Shown here: positions 26,013 through 41,574 of the stretch, one piece after another
How the letters are laid out: every line of letters begins with the position of its first letter
Position numbering within the stretch: the stretch's first letter is position 1
DNA from: Eledone cirrhosa
Lineage: Eukaryota
DNA length: 64,000 nt
Reading direction: 5' to 3'
Assembly (NCBI GenBank): GCA_964016885.1
Contig: OZ024741.1
Location: forward strand, 366,172,001-366,236,000
Translations under genes and position numbers: made by a program
Notes under the pieces: model-generated
The model's input: the letters and a program-made list of their open reading frames with translations, nothing else
What the model was told of the DNA's origin: nothing
The model's database searches: none

Positions 26013-26297
26013 CATGGTGGCTGCCAACTCGTTTCGAGTACGGCCACTACTTTATAACCATGTAGGAGAACCCCTACCAATGCGCTGAACGAGTGTGACT
26101 TTTTAGTCCAGCCAGCGACTTGAACACTCTGGTACAAACACTACCATGTGATGACAAGTGCGGAGATCTCCAGATATAAAGCAATGCCGTGAAGCTTTTA
26201 TAGTGAGCAAAGGCACTGCACAAAGCCAGTCCCACTCTCCTAACCAAGATGATATTTACCAAAAAGAAGAACAAGTCAACATCATTGGATACCATCA
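26013..26297. repeat. Dispersed repeat duplicated at 29135-29470
   Basis: Near-identical sequence; the second copy has extra internal segments. Confidence 0.9.
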
Positions 26298-26477
26298 TAC
26301 ATACATACATACATACATGCATACATACATACATACATACATACATACATACATACATACATACATACATACATACATGCATATATACATACATACATAC
26401 ATACATACATACATACATACATGCATACATACATACATACATACATACATACATGCATACATACATACATACATACA

Positions 26478-26509
<32 letters not shown>

Positions 26510-26512
26510 CAT
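26296..26512. repeat. (CATA)n tetranucleotide array
   Basis: Seen directly. Confidence 0.98.
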
Positions 26513-26789
26513 GAATATATTTTGGACTCTTTGATTAATTGATTTCAGCATTTGAAACGTGGAGACCAAAGTGACTATAGAAAGGGAAAAATATATATTT
26601 CTCCGATAATCTATATCGGTTCATGTGTGATGCTGTTTTTAGGTGCAAACAGCTCAATACGATGGAGTTCTCTGCTCCCTGATAAATGATGCATTTCTCT
26701 AGGCAGGCTGATTGTTATTCTTTCACTACTAACTAATTTATTATTTGTTCCGCATGTGGTCACTTTCTCATTTCCTCTTATCTCTTCTC

Positions 26790-26865
<76 letters not shown>

Positions 26866-27014
26866 ACTCTCTCTCTCCCTCTCTCTCTCTCCCCGTCTCT
26901 CTCTTACGCCAGGATCCTTCTCTCAATAACTTTTGTCGCTGTTCCTTCCTCCTGTTCACATGCATTCTCACCCATATATCTATATATGTATATATACATA
27001 TATATATATATCTA

Positions 27015-27177
<163 letters not shown>

Positions 27178-27180
27178 ATG

Positions 27181-27245
<65 letters not shown>

Positions 27246-27252
<7 letters not shown>

Positions 27253-27319
27253 TGCGATTGCATTAATTAAACGGTTGATACAATTCTACGTATGGATGTA
27301 TGAATTCAATTATATTTAT

Positions 27320-27397
<78 letters not shown>

Positions 27398-27447
27398 GAA
27401 TTCATACATCCATACATACCGCTTAATTAATGCAATCGCAGTGATAT
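27246..27447. repeat. Inverted repeat with a (TA)n centre
   Basis: atatcactgcgattgcattaattaa..gtatggatgtatgaattcaattat is mirrored across (TA)n. Confidence 0.9.
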
Positions 27448-27826
27448 TCAGAATAGACATTGATATATTCTAATATTTTCGCTTCCATTATAACTTTAAT
27501 ATCCTGCGGTCATACAAACCATTTATTATTCAATGACTGCTTCTACATTACTCAATATGGCTGTTATTTCCTTTATACGAAGGCGTAGACCTATATTCAC
27601 TCCCACATATGCTTACGTAAGCACGCGTGTGGGTATGTGCACACCTACACCCAGCCAAATATACGTATATATATGTGTATGTGTGTGTGTGTGTAAATAT
27701 ATATATATTCACACACGCAAACGCATGCGCAGAGAAGAAGACAAAAATAAATAAATAAATAAATAAACAGACTAAATAAAGATGGCATAGGTATACAATA
27801 CAACAGGAGGAAACATAATATCACCA

Positions 27827-27856
27827 CTGATGATGTTGCAGATGTGCAACGAAAGA
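27827..27856 (+). ncRNA. Hammerhead core with a good stem II and weak stems I and III
   Basis: CTGATGA-TGTTGCA-GATG-TGCAAC-GAAAG. Confidence 0.45.
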
Positions 27857-28140
27857 ACTTTGTTAGACTATATATATCTGTTTGTGTCTATATTATATCT
27901 GTATCTTTGACCGTTGGTCAGTCAATGGTAAATATTGAGGACCGAATAAATTAAATTAACCGATATAAAAGACACAGAAGCGAAAACCAACCAAACAGTG
28001 AGTGTGTTCTGTTATTAATTCTGGCAATATTATTACACAAATAAGATCCTCCCCAAATATAACTATATCTATATTTATATGTTGAAAAAAATGAAAACGA
28101 AATTTCATTTCTCACTCTTATTATGGCACTTACTTAAATG

Positions 28141-28192
28141 TAAGTATGTATGTATACGTACATACATATATGTATACAGACGTACAGTAGCA

Positions 28193-28250
<58 letters not shown>

Positions 28251-28868
28251 TATACACATATGCATACAGGTACACATACATATATGCACGCATCAGTTTA
28301 GCCGACGTTTATTATAACGCCGGCCGCTTTGTTCGTTTGTTTTTCAACAAAGCGAACAGCCTGAATTTATGCCATACGGTGTTAAGGCAACCACGTCACC
28401 TTTTTGTTCAACACTGACACAGGAACGATGTACTAGTTTCAAGCTTGTTAGCTATCATCAGCACCGTTTACCCATCTGCCAGATAGTTGAATGAAATTTC
28501 GTTTTCATTTTTTTCAACTTATCGTTTTCGGTATGCCTGACCGATTTAACTCACTCAATATGCAAATTAGGCTGCTCAGCCGTTAATTTTCATAAGGAAA
28601 GTATATACTTTCGAACGTTCAACTATCTGGCAGATGGGTAAACGGTGCTGATGATAGCTAACAAGCTTGAAACTAGTACATCGTTCCTGTGTCAGTGTTG
28701 AACAAAAAGGTGACGTAGTTGCCTTAACACCATATGGCATAAATTCAGGCTGTTCGCTTTGTTGACAAACAAACGAACAAAGCGGCCGGCGTTGTAATAA
28801 ACGTCGGCTAAACTGATGCGTGCATATATGTATGTGTACCTGTATGCATATGTGTATATATATGTATA

Positions 28869-28918
<50 letters not shown>

Positions 28919-28970
28919 TGCTACTGTACATCTGTATACATATATGTATGTACGTATACATACATACTTA
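28141..28970. mobile_element. PLE-like family C element: about 350 bp inverted arms, about 125 bp spacer
   Basis: 28141-28491 is the reverse complement of 28618-28970; 28491-28518 additionally mirrors 28081-28108; diverged copy at 12451-12715. Confidence 0.88.
28642..28684 (+). ncRNA. Minimal type I hammerhead (mirror copy at 28425-28467 on -)
   Basis: ACGGTG-CTGATGA-TAGCT-AACA-AGCTT-GAAAC-TA-GTA-CATCGT; palindromic ACTAGT stem III. Confidence 0.82.
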
Positions 28971-28978
28971 TATTTATA

Positions 28979-29086
<108 letters not shown>

Positions 29087-29470
29087 GAGATGTATATATA
29101 TGTATATATATGCATATATGTATATATATATATACATGGTGGCTGCCAACTTGTTTTCGAGTACGGCCACTACTTTATATCCATGTAGGAGAACCCCTAC
29201 CGATGCGCTGAACGAGTGTGACTTTTCAATCCAGCCAGCCACTTGAAAACTCTGGTACAGACACTACACTTGTGACAATTACTGACACATAGTGCTGGGC
29301 CCATGGTACCATGTGACGACAAGTGCAGAGAGTTCTCCAGATATAAAGCAATGCCTGTGCCGTGAAGCTTTTATAGTGAGCAAAGGCACTGCACGAAGCC
29401 AGTCCCACTCTCTTAACCAAGATGATATTTACCAAAAAGAAGAACAAGTTAACATCATTGGATACCATCA

Positions 29471-29745
29471 GGGTTGCAGGTGTTATATCAGAGTTTTCCT
29501 TCTCCTAGAATTCTGCCTTGACAAAGGCTAAGGAGTCATCTCTCCCGGTGATTTTGGATGGCCATTGACTCTTAAGAGCTCTTTTGCCCTTTGACAGGTT
29601 TTGTTTTTAATCCTGCAGGATGTCCAAAGTCACCCTCCTCACCAAGAAACCTTGGTGGGGTTGCCAGTTTAGTCGCCAACGACCCGACCATGAGACAGGT
29701 TGTACTGGGATACATGTTACCAGTAGCACCAACTGGTGACCTGAC
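29471..29745 (-). mobile_element. Probable LINE (RTE-like) 5' UTR fragment
   Basis: GC-richer structured segment with a GTCG-TTGG-CGAC-TAA motif; family assignment from recall only. Confidence 0.4.
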
Positions 29746-29938
29746 ATATGTATATATACATATATGCATATATATATATACAAGTATACATATATGCATA
29801 TATATATATATACATATATGCATATATATCCATATATGGGTTTGCATTATCATATCTATTTAAATAAATTATTTAGTCATAAGCAGGTTAAATATTTGCG
29901 TGTATATGTATGCAATTGTATATAATTGATATATATAT

Positions 29939-30023
<85 letters not shown>

Positions 30024-30035
30024 TATATATATGCA

Positions 30036-30458
30036 GAAGTTATATTTAATTTGTTGGGATTCAACAAGTTTAAAAGTTTTATAACTGATATAAAGCACTC
30101 AACAGTTTACTGGAGTAAATATTCAATATATTAATAAATGGAAACTATATTTATAAAACCATAATTATTTTATTATATATATTTCAAGGGCAACCAAGGC
30201 AATTTTCGTGCGCTTTCGTCAGATAAAATACAAATATCTTTTATAAATGTTGACATACCTGTAGAAAAACAACTTTGACGGTTGAAGTGAACTATCCGGA
30301 GAACCTTCAACCGTCAAGGTTTTTTTTCTACGGGAATGTCAACATTTATAAAACATATTTGTATTTTATCTGACGAAAGCGCACCAAAATTGCCTTGGTT
30401 GCCCTTGAAATATATATAATAAAATAACTATGGTTTTATAAATATAGTTTCCATTTAT
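30036..30458. mobile_element. Family A element with a palindrome (30134-30458, about 17 bp spacer) and hammerheads
   Basis: Same outer flank as 9910-9975; TTTTAT-CTGACGA-AAG...CTT-GAAA-TATATATA-ATAAAA at 30364-30424. Confidence 0.85.
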
Positions 30459-30526
<68 letters not shown>

Positions 30527-30742
30527 TAAACGGAATAGAAAATGCTGACAAATTGTTCACAGTTGAAAAATGGTTTAATTAGGAATAAAAGAGTATTAGT
30601 GATTGTATGGGTTAGTATTCAGTTGTGGTTTTAAGTTTTTAAGTTTTTACCGGTTGCGCATTTCTAAATGCTTTTCAAAAATAATTTTGAGATAGAGTGT
30701 CCGTGTTGTTTGCTCTGATCTGATTAGTTTTGGGAATTCTAC

Positions 30743-30988
30743 CTGTTTTTATGTTAAAAAAGTGGCTCCAGCGTTACTTTGGTGTTGCAAAAATTCTTGT
30801 GGTCAAAACAATTTTGATTGGTCGGTAGAGGTCATGTGAATGTAAAAAATTGATTTTGCGCCAAGACTGTTTTTATGTTAAAAAAGTGGCTCCAGCGCTA
30901 CTTGGTGTTTGCAAAAATTCTTGTGGTCAAAACAATTTTGATTGGTCGGTAGAGGTCATGTGAATAAAAAATTGGTTTTGCGCCAAGA
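30743..30988. repeat. Tandem duplication of about 124 bp within a family D-like element
   Basis: ctgtttttatgttaaaaaagtggctccagcg..ttttgcgccaaga occurs twice. Confidence 0.92.
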
Positions 30989-31013
30989 TTGAGAAATGAC
31001 TCTTTCACAACAA

Positions 31014-31051
<38 letters not shown>

Positions 31052-31461
31052 TAGTAGTGAGGTGTTCGATGTTATATTTTTCACTTGCTTATGACTAAAT
31101 AATTTATTTAAATACATATGATCATGGAAATGTTGTAGATGTTTGAGTTGGTTAGCGAACAAGCTATGACTACAACAATGTTGAGGCTTGATAAAATTCC
31201 CTGAAAATCTAAGTGGATTAGATTTGCCTCTACTTTACAAAGATAAGACATTTGGCCCTCTTCTTGAACTAGTTCTGTTAAATTAGTTATTTCCCACAAA
31301 CTTTACCAGGTTTCTGTTCAGACTGGCTGGCTGTTGATGAACTTTTATTAGTAATTTTTTCTTCATTGTTGTGATAAGATGTAGTGTATCGACATATCCA
31401 TAGTTGGCTAAGATGCACCGTTTTTGTTCATTGTTTTCTGTGTTTTAATACCCGTCCATTT

Positions 31462-31643
31462 AATTTCTTCTTTGTTTTGATAACTTCAATTTCGTATCTT
31501 ATTTTAATCACCAACGAATTTATTACTACACAGACACGTGGGGGGGGGGGGGGGTAACATTTCTTCTTTGTTTAGATAACTTCAATTTCGTATCTTATTT
31601 TAATCACCCACGAATTTATTACCACACAGACATGGGGGGGTAA
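31462..31643. repeat. Tandem duplication of about 96 bp
   Basis: atttcttctttgttt..cacagaca..(g)n occurs twice. Confidence 0.9.
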
Positions 31644-31735
31644 AACAGTCGATTTAGAGTTTGTAATATTTGTTGAAGTCTCTACCTTCCTCGTTCAAAC
31701 CTTAAGCGATCTACGCTCCTTCATTATTTCTTGGA

Positions 31736-32090
31736 GGGCCTTTTGCCATTCTGAGTTCAAATCCCGCCGAGGTTAATTTTGCCTTTCATCCTCACGGGGT
31801 CGATAAAATAAAGTACCAGTAATGCACTGGGTAATTGCTGGCCTTGTGCTAAACGTAGAAACAATTATTTCTTGGAGGGCAGTGGATTGGCAGTATTGGT
31901 AGAGAGTAGGACACCATGCTTTGCAGCATAGAGTACGGTCCTTTACGGTCTGAGTTCAAATCCCGCCGAGGTTAACTTTTCCTTTCATTCTTACCGAGTT
32001 GATAAAATAAAGTACCAGTAACGTACTGGGGTCGATTTAATCGACTTTCCCCTCCCCCAAATTGCTGGCCTTGTGCCTATACTAGAAATC
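31736..32090 (+). mobile_element. Two tandem SINE copies (short and long tail forms)
   Basis: SINE consensus; attatttcttgg-like sequence is repeated before, between and after them. Confidence 0.88.
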
Positions 32091-33033
32091 AGTATTTCTT
32101 GGGTCGAGAAGGAAAATACCAGTTCAATGCTGATACAACGCTCTCTCCTTCAAGCAACCACATCCTGGATACTCCACCAAATCGTAGGAGGGAGTATCAA
32201 GATGTCCGCCACTGCTTGCGACTAAATGTGTACCTTAAAACCTTAGCGGAAGCATGGTGTATACTATCATGTTATAGTCAATTGCGGATGATGATTGTCC
32301 TTATTTGTATGTATAAATGTGGAGTGAGAGATAGAGTGCGTGTGTATGTGGTTGAGTGAGCACGTGTGTTTGCTAGCGTTTGTGATTGTTTATCAAATAT
32401 AATCTATAAGGTCAGCTTCTACATCTATGAATATTCTTTGTGACGCTAAACTCTGCCATTTGTAGACTGCACATCAACATGAGATATCGCCCTCCACAAG
32501 CAGTTCGATCACTGAAGTCCAGTCCATAAGTTTACATTGTCAAGCCATCGTTTTGACTGCCGGCCTCTGCTTCTTTTACCAGCCAACCTTCCTCCCAGCC
32601 ATAACCTACGCAAAAGGAAATTATCAGAGACCATCCTGACTTATTGGCAGAGTCATTAGAACGTCGGATACCAGGCTGTGTGTTAGTTGTTCCGGCTATC
32701 TGCTCTCTGAGTTCAAATCCTGCTGAGATCAACTTTACTTAACATCCTTTCAATGTCGATCAAAATGTACCAGTCTAGTACTGGGGTCGAATTTTCTTCC
32801 TTTATGTCTCTTTGTAACTTCCTCTCTCTCACTTTCTATCGTTCTCTGGAAGAAATCTGGTGTGTTCAGACCTGGAGAGGGATGGGCACGGACAGGCATA
32901 ACATGACCAAGAAACACCGTATACCCCTACAATGCTCATACGACTCCATCAGGATTTACGGGACCATACCATGCCATCATGGACTAGAAATATATTTAGA
33001 AATACAAGATCAAACATCTTATATTGAAATAAT

Positions 33034-33213
33034 TGTTTCTACTTTTGGCAGTACATTTATTCCAGTACATTACTGGTACTTTATTTAATCCACCCCGTGA
33101 GGATGAAAGGCAACGTTAACCTCGGCCGGATTTGAACTCGGAACATAAAGGGCCATAACTCTATGCTGTAAAGCATGGTGTCTGACGCTCTACCGATACT
33201 GCCAATTCACCGC
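33034..33213 (-). mobile_element. SINE with a 16-bp TSD
   Basis: cttatat(t/a)gaaataat at 33018-33033 and 33214-33229. Confidence 0.88.
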
Positions 33214-34224
33214 CTTATATAGAAATAATAAAAGAAAGGTGTTGTGATGTCGTACGAAGGAAATATGCATCCATTGCTGATACAATATACAGGTCGCAAC
33301 AGCCAGCAGAAAGATTAATGTAAAGTAAGTATACAACACACAAATCGATCTAGGAAGCGAACCCACAACCTTATGATCGAGAGTGCAATACCCTATCCAC
33401 TAAGATCACAGGCCTTCGATTTATATTGCTTTCATTTTATGTTGGAATCTATGTAGAAATCAAGCATTGGTGACTATTTCATTACACTGAACAGCAATTT
33501 TGTGTTTCGTGAAGTAAGAACATGATTTAATAGTTGTAAAGAGGTTTACAATTTTAACCACCACACATAGCGTTACATTTGCTTCAATGATGCAAGCCTA
33601 TCATTTGACATCGTAGGTGGGTGAGTCCATGAGTACTGCAGTTACTAAGTTCACCGAACAGCCTTCTCGGTAAATTAATGTGCATGTGACCGCCGAGCAT
33701 TGTATTTCACTAACACGTGTACCATTAACGTAATTTGGGAGACTCAGTGTGAAGTTAATGTAACAATTACAGGTACAACTCATTTTTTTCCATCCAGCTT
33801 AGTAGACTGAAGCTCTTGAAATAAATTCTCTTACTCGAAGACACAATGCTTCTCCGGAAATATACCACAAAACATTAAGATGGTGAGTCGAACAGCCTTA
33901 CCACAAAGCCACATGCCTTCATTCTCTTGACATTATTATCTTAACTGATTTCTCAGAAACTTATCCTTAATTGCTCTGCTAAAGTTGTAGAAAGGAATGA
34001 TCAAATGTTCAAATGAACAATGTAACAACAATACAGTGATTTTGAATTAATTCTGTACAGAATTAAAATTGTTCTCTTTATACTAACGTTAACGTGGAAT
34101 GACAGTAATTTACTTTTCTCTTTCATTGATTCCGATAACTATTTCATTACTTGTAGTAATAAGATCGATTTACATTGATATTTATAAATGTATCGCACAT
34201 ACTGACGTGTCTGTCTGTATACAC

Positions 34225-34787
<563 letters not shown>

Positions 34788-35457
34788 TGTGAGTGTGTGT
34801 GTGTATGTATGTTTGTGTGTTTGTGTTGGTGGTGTTGACTTCGTTATAAGGAATGTAAGTTTATTTGATCAGAGACGAGTAGTAAAGGTTCTTAAATCAG
34901 GTTATGTGTTAAAGCAAAGATCTAATTTCGCTGCTATTCTAAACTCTTCCGCAGCGACATCATCTCAATCATTTCTTACCTATATAAATTCTAAACTAAT
35001 TACATTTCTTATAAATAAGGTATATATATATATATTAACAACAGTGTTCCACAAGTATTTAGTAAATTGAACGAACACATGCAAACACAAACACATATAG
35101 GCATACACATATGTCGCCATAGCGAGCGGACTCCGTCGTTTACGACGATCATTATTCCATTTGTTTGAATATACATCATACTATTCCACTGACACTGGTA
35201 GACTAAGATCCCCAATGAAATATCGCTGCTACGGAGGGATTTTCTAGTAACAGGTTTAAGTATTTAGTGCACTACAAAGTATATGGTTCTAATCTATCTA
35301 GCATCGGACTAAGATCCCCATTGAAAGGTCTCTCATATAAAGGGTTTTTCGTATGTGGCCTATATTTAACAGGGTAATTGTATTGTTTGGCGTATTTTTC
35401 GGTACTTTAGGCTTGTTGAATTTTGTTGTCGGGTATATCTATGTATATCTTTGTTTA

Positions 35458-35503
35458 CATAGATATACAAGGCGACATTTATATACATAATTTTCTACAT
35501 CTT

Positions 35504-35534
<31 letters not shown>

Positions 35535-35649
35535 TTTATATATATATTATATATATATATATATATAATATATATATAAAACACACACATATATATATAT
35601 ATAAACATGTAGAAAATTATGTATATAAATGTCGCCGTGTATATCTATG
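35458..35649. repeat. Palindrome centred on (TA)n
   Basis: catagatataca.ggcgacatttatatacataattttctacat is mirrored. Confidence 0.88.
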
Positions 35650-36788
35650 CATACATATATATGCATACATACAAGTGTTTGTGTGTATGTATATGTATAT
35701 TTTATCGTTGACAACTGAATGACTGATTCATAGTATACCGCAATGATTATTTTCGATAGCCAATAAAAATAAAACATTTATGTTTTCCCTTGGCGATTTC
35801 CTTTGTTTTTGACTGTCATTCTATATATTTACTGGAAATGGATGCATTAACGTCTAGTTGTTATTGTTATTTTTATAGTATTTCATATGTGTTTCTTGTT
35901 ATTTGTTGTTATATTCTGTGTCTTTACGTAAATATATGTCAATATCATCTAATATGTATCCTCCAATCATGTGAGACATAAACAAAGAACCTTTTAAAAA
36001 CTAAACTAATATCATAATGTTTAGTTTCCAGAGGTATTCATCATATATGAATGTTCAATAGACAGAATCGTTAAAGTGCCTTACAAAATATGTTGCACCG
36101 TTTATTCTGAGTAATTATGCTTTGGGTTCAAATCCTGTTCACGTCAATTTTGCTTTATCTTTTAGTCTACGACTCAATAAATGTCATTCATATACAGGAG
36201 TTGATCTAATAAACTAAACCCATCTCACACATTTGTGGCCTTGTGCTAATGTAGGAAGGAAATCAATAACTATCACATATCTTTGTACTTACTTTCTACG
36301 TGCCAAACCAATGGGTGACAGTAGTTCAAGCTGCACACATCGAAAGACTGGTGTAGTGGTTCTGAGAACAATGCGGCTTTGCAGATGATCAATGCAAATT
36401 CACAATGGAAAGGCGCTCCCGCTCGAGAAGACGAGAACTATTGACCTTCAGGAGAAGCAGAGAGTCTTGCTTGTATTCAGCAACCGAAACGAATATGAAG
36501 TACACCAAATCCAATGCTCCTAGGGGCGGCCCTAGTACTTCTTATTTGCGAGTGTAAACTCGGCCAGATTAGATTAGATTACTTTCTATGTGTGGATGTT
36601 TGTTGTTGTTGATTGTCCACCTCACGAAACCACAGATTGAAAAGACCACTGTTGAACAGCTTTCTAACCATGACCATCACATGTGGATCTGGACATGACT
36701 CTGTAATCGTCAGTCTGTAGAATCTGATCAAGTAGATTTTATCTCATTCTCATACAGAGAGTCAGACAGAGACAGACAGAGATAGACT

Positions 36789-36836
<48 letters not shown>

Positions 36837-38150
36837 AATGTTTATTACACAAGCTAATATAGAGCTAGGTAGACAAAAGCATGGGATAATCATGACTGGA
36901 AATTCTTTGATATAATTCTGATGGATCAAAGCTGACCTTGGACTAAACCAGAATAATGGCTACTGCAACAGCAATAACTGAAAGATAATTGGTGAACCAT
37001 CAAATATAATTGTCAATGGTTTTGTCCAAATCAGTTGCAACGTGTTATTGTTTAGCCTATATATTTATATCACACTAAATAGATGATTTGAACAAAGAGC
37101 CAAACTAGTGTTTTTAGATTCGCCCGAATGTAACTAACTAAAATATCTATTAAATGTATAGGTAGGCTGTTTGATAGCTCTAGCATTTAGTGTGAATATA
37201 TAGGTCCCCTCGATCACGACTGGCCGTGGGTTTGTGCCTGGAAATTTACTCTCCAAAGGTGATTTGTGGAAGACCAATCTCCCTTCCCCATGTAACCGAT
37301 GTTGTCCAAGGGAAATGTTTTGCACCGCAAATCATTATTTTCCACCGGAGTGAAATGGAGCAACAGAAAATAAAATGTCTTGTACAAAGACATAATGTGC
37401 GAACCGTTCTGGGAATCAAACGTATGCCTTTGCTTTACGATCGCAAACAGAACAGCCTAAATACTTAGCCAGGCGCTTTCACTAAATGTGAATACTAATT
37501 TAATAATCATTGAAATTGGCGACAATGTTTTCAGTATATACATTACAAATTCCCAGAACGTTCGCATGTTTTACGTTAGAAGAGGTCCATTAAAAGCAAA
37601 TGGTACAGTATTGAAAATTAACATCATAGTCTTCTAACTTTTTACCCTTTAAAGCTATATCATTTGTTTAAACTTGATTTTTCCCGCACAATTTTCCTTC
37701 TTACAATGTTGTTTTGTATCGATCACATTAGTAATATTCAAACTTTTACTAACTAGTTAAAGAATATCTTATATCAAAGTCAATTGCATGTCAACAAAAT
37801 TTTAAGACGATTCCAATTCACTGAAAAGAGTATTCGTGCATCATTTATCGATCTTAAAAATATGCTTAGTGTGTTAAGAGGTTTTTTGGAAAGTAAAATG
37901 CTAGTATTTTCGTGTTGTGTTAAAGCGCTTATCTAAATAATTGTGATGGTGCGTAGCTTAGTGGTTAATGTGTTCGATCGTAAGGTCATGAGTTCGAGTC
38001 CCACTGTAACATTGTGTACTTAAGAATATCGCTTTATTTTAAATTGTTCTTGTCCATTCAGCTGGGAGAAAATTAGACGTACCTGTTATTGAAAAGGTCA
38101 GCTATATCACTGACTGTGACACACTGAATGTTTCTAAGAACAGCGTTAAC

Positions 38151-38344
38151 CAGACCTGCAAACCTCTAAAAACCCAAACGGAGAGTACCATGAAAAAAGG
38201 TGCCCCAAAACGGAGAGAAATGAACCAAAATGGGGAGATTTTACGTAATGAAAGCTATACCCATTTTCACAAGAGAAGACACTCTCACTCAGCCCAAAGT
38301 GGGTTGGAGATCTCCACGCCGTTCGGGGAGAGTTGACAGGTCTA
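38151..38344 (+). mobile_element. MITE (hAT-like) with an 8-bp TSD, inserted in a SINE
   Basis: TIRs cagacctgcaaac / gttgacaggtcta; GCGTTAAC on both flanks. Confidence 0.82.
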
Positions 38345-38875
38345 GCGTTAACTGTGCATATGCGCGTGGAATACTCAGCCACTTGCACATTATTTATTTG
38401 AGTAACTGTTCTATCAATCAAGAAAGGAGTGTCAACAGTTTTCTAAACAAGTAAAGTCGAGTGGTAACACAATGCTATCTGCCACTGCAGGTGACTCAAG
38501 TTACACAACATACTAATGTTGAGTAGCGCAGAAGAATTACTCTATCGATGCGAGATACGAAACAAAGCGATCAATAATACCATTCATCACACGCACCTCC
38601 TACCACATACTGCCTGCTCGGATTTATTTAGTTGTAAACAGCAATGCTTTCATTACTTACCTGCATAGATTACTGCTGTTTTGTTTACTTTTTACTTTTC
38701 TTTTTTTCTTGTTTTTGCTTACCTGTGCAGATTAATTTGTATGTTGTTTTTGTCTCGAGATTTCTCCGTGCAAGAATGTGAATGGGGTATTGTATATGTG
38801 TGTGAAATTATCTTATATGTAAGCAAATGTATGTATGTATCCCTCTCTCCCGCCCTCTCTCTGTGTATATATATT

Positions 38876-38917
<42 letters not shown>

Positions 38918-39005
38918 CTGTGTGTGTGTTCATAATTATATGTATGTGTGTATGTATATGTATATATACATGTATGAATATACACATTTATATATATATA
39001 TATAA

Positions 39006-39081
<76 letters not shown>

Positions 39082-39896
39082 GTATGTGTGCATGCATGTA
39101 TTTACCCTATCCTTCTTTGCAGTGCACTCGTGCGCATTATTTCGTTCTTTGTTTACATATATCGATTGCTTCTTTTGTGACATACCTCAGTAGATTAACT
39201 TCTTTGTCGGTTTAGTGTTTATAGTATTCATCTATATGAATTATTGCCTCACGTCTGCTTACAATTTTCATTTCTTACGGCCATGCATTCATACGTTCCC
39301 CGTTTCTCTCAAGAAATTAATCCGTTTTGATGAAAAACCAACCTAGCTTTCTTTATTCACTGTCTTTCTTTACACGTGGATTAATTTCTCACTGTATATT
39401 CGTAGAAAATAACCTCTTCATTTTAAACCTGCAGGCAGCTCCTATGAATTGCATAAATGAATATCGTTATTCTGGGCATCACCATATCAGTGTTATGTCG
39501 ATACCGCTTTGGGCGTTGTTAGTGCACGTGACGATAATTGCTGGGGATTTACTTCTATTTGAAATGAAATGTCTTTTTGACTTTAAGGCGCCTGGAATAT
39601 ACGTATCTTCGTTGATTACTCCACTAATATGACACATTCATAAGGAATAGATTAGTGTCTGTTTCGAGGATAAGGATGCCAGTTGTTTAGACAATTGGAC
39701 CAACTGTTTGTGAGATTCGGAGTTACAAAGTGTGTCACATTTAATTTACGAGTATAGTCCATCCGACAGGTTTCCAAACAGGTTTTGTCAACCCAAATTC
39801 CCGAATAACATCAACCCAAAGCCATGCTAAATGACATGTGCTGAAGATGCCAAACTGTGGTCCCCAACCTGAGACCTACACACACACACACACACA

Positions 39897-39947
<51 letters not shown>

Positions 39948-39962
39948 AATATACATACATTC

Positions 39963-40025
<63 letters not shown>

Positions 40026-40054
40026 CAAATATACATACATATATATATATATAT

Positions 40055-40140
<86 letters not shown>

Positions 40141-40169
40141 CTCCCGGGATCAAACGGGGGTAACAACAG

Positions 40170-40300
40170 TAAGTATTTATAAACAAATCTGTATTTTATC
40201 TGATGAAAGCGCACCATAATTTGCTTTGCTTGCCCTTGAAATATATATAATAAAATAAATATGGTTTTATAAATATAGTTTCCATTTATTAATATATTGT
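40170..40300 (+). mobile_element. Single-arm family A copy with a hammerhead at 40194-40255
   Basis: TTTTAT-CTGATGA-AAG..CTT-GAAA-TATATATA-ATAAAA. Confidence 0.78.
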
Positions 40301-40352
40301 ATATATATATATATATACAGCACTCAAAGGTATATATTTATCTGAAGTTTTA

Positions 40353-40525
40353 TAATAATAATAAAACAAAAGATAGTTACTTTATATCATCTCTATTTAT
40401 TTTATTATACATATTTCGAAAATGTTTTGGATTATGTTATACATAAGCTTTGCATCTTCGAAATATGTATAATAAAATAAATAGAGATGATAGAAAGTAA
40501 CTATCCTTTGTTTTTATTATTATTA
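40353..40525. repeat. Imperfect palindrome containing a hammerhead 3' half
   Basis: Arms of about 65 bp; GAAA-TATGTATA-ATAAAA in each. Confidence 0.8.
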
Positions 40526-40536
40526 ATATATAATCA

Positions 40537-40720
40537 GGGCGGTGGATTGGCAGTATCGGTAGAGGGTCGGACGCCATGCTTTGCTGCACAGAGTTACGGC
40601 CCTTTATGGTCTGAGTTCAAAACCCGCCTAGGTTAATTTTGCCTTTCATCCTTACAGGGTCGATAAAATAAAGTAATACACTGGGTAATTGCTGGCCTTG
40701 TGCCTAAAGTAGAAACAATT
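40537..40720 (+). mobile_element. Full-length SINE
   Basis: SINE consensus. Confidence 0.9.
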
Positions 40721-40739
40721 ATTATAATATACATATGTA

Positions 40740-40788
<49 letters not shown>

Positions 40789-41574
40789 GCATGCGTGTGA
40801 CACCATGTCTGCGTTTACGTTTATCGATGATGGTGCTATCCTCTAATGTAGCAGTTCCACAAATAGACAGAAAGTGATTGAGGAATTAAGTATTAGTGTC
40901 GATATAAATGACTGGAATCTCTTAGAGCCGGTGCTCCATCATGGTCGCAGTCTATTAACTGAAACTAGTAAAAGAAATTAAAGACTAAAAGAATAGTAGT
41001 GCCAATAATACCAGGTTAGTATTATCTTCAGAATGTACGAATTATTTAGAATCATTTCGTTTTATTATTGACTGTCAGCCAAGACCATCCTGATTTCATT
41101 ACTGAAACTGATTTCGCTCTACGTCTACCTTCTACTATTGTAGTTGTTGTTGTTGTAATTGGTCGTGGTGGTGATGGTGGTGGCTGAGTTTTGGTGATAA
41201 TTTGGTCATTATTGTCGTTATTGTTGTGGTTGGTATTGTTGTTGTTGTCACTGACTGTTTACATCAAAATCTCGAAGTCTTTTTCAAGATTTTCACACAA
41301 GTGGGTTCTGCAAGTGATAGCCGTATCAGCCGCTGACAAAACCAGACGTTCTATTTGTCTTGCAATGCAATTTATCAATTTATTGTGGCAAAGATATTTC
41401 GCACATCCGAGAAAAGATGAAGATAGTTGATGCTAATCAATTATAGTTTCTTTTTGTTTTTTTATTCCCTTTTTTTGTGTGTTGATACACCTCTTGCTTC
41501 TGAAGTGTGAATAGATATCAATAACATCAAGAGAACTTCAGCTAATATGTATATTTTTGCTTATTTTTTTGCTA

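Noticed and set aside
25447-26088. Repetitive ORFs such as (IRIAHVDGIY)n
   Set aside because: Translations of a 30-bp minisatellite that is open in several frames on both strands.
31877-31970. tRNA genes at the A/B-box motifs of this and other copies
   Set aside because: These are SINE heads; no cloverleaf can be formed.
32532-32732. Possible exon GYGWEEGW..
   Set aside because: Another frame gives KRWLDNV..WTGL, an RTE C-terminal remnant, and the 5' part is SINE.
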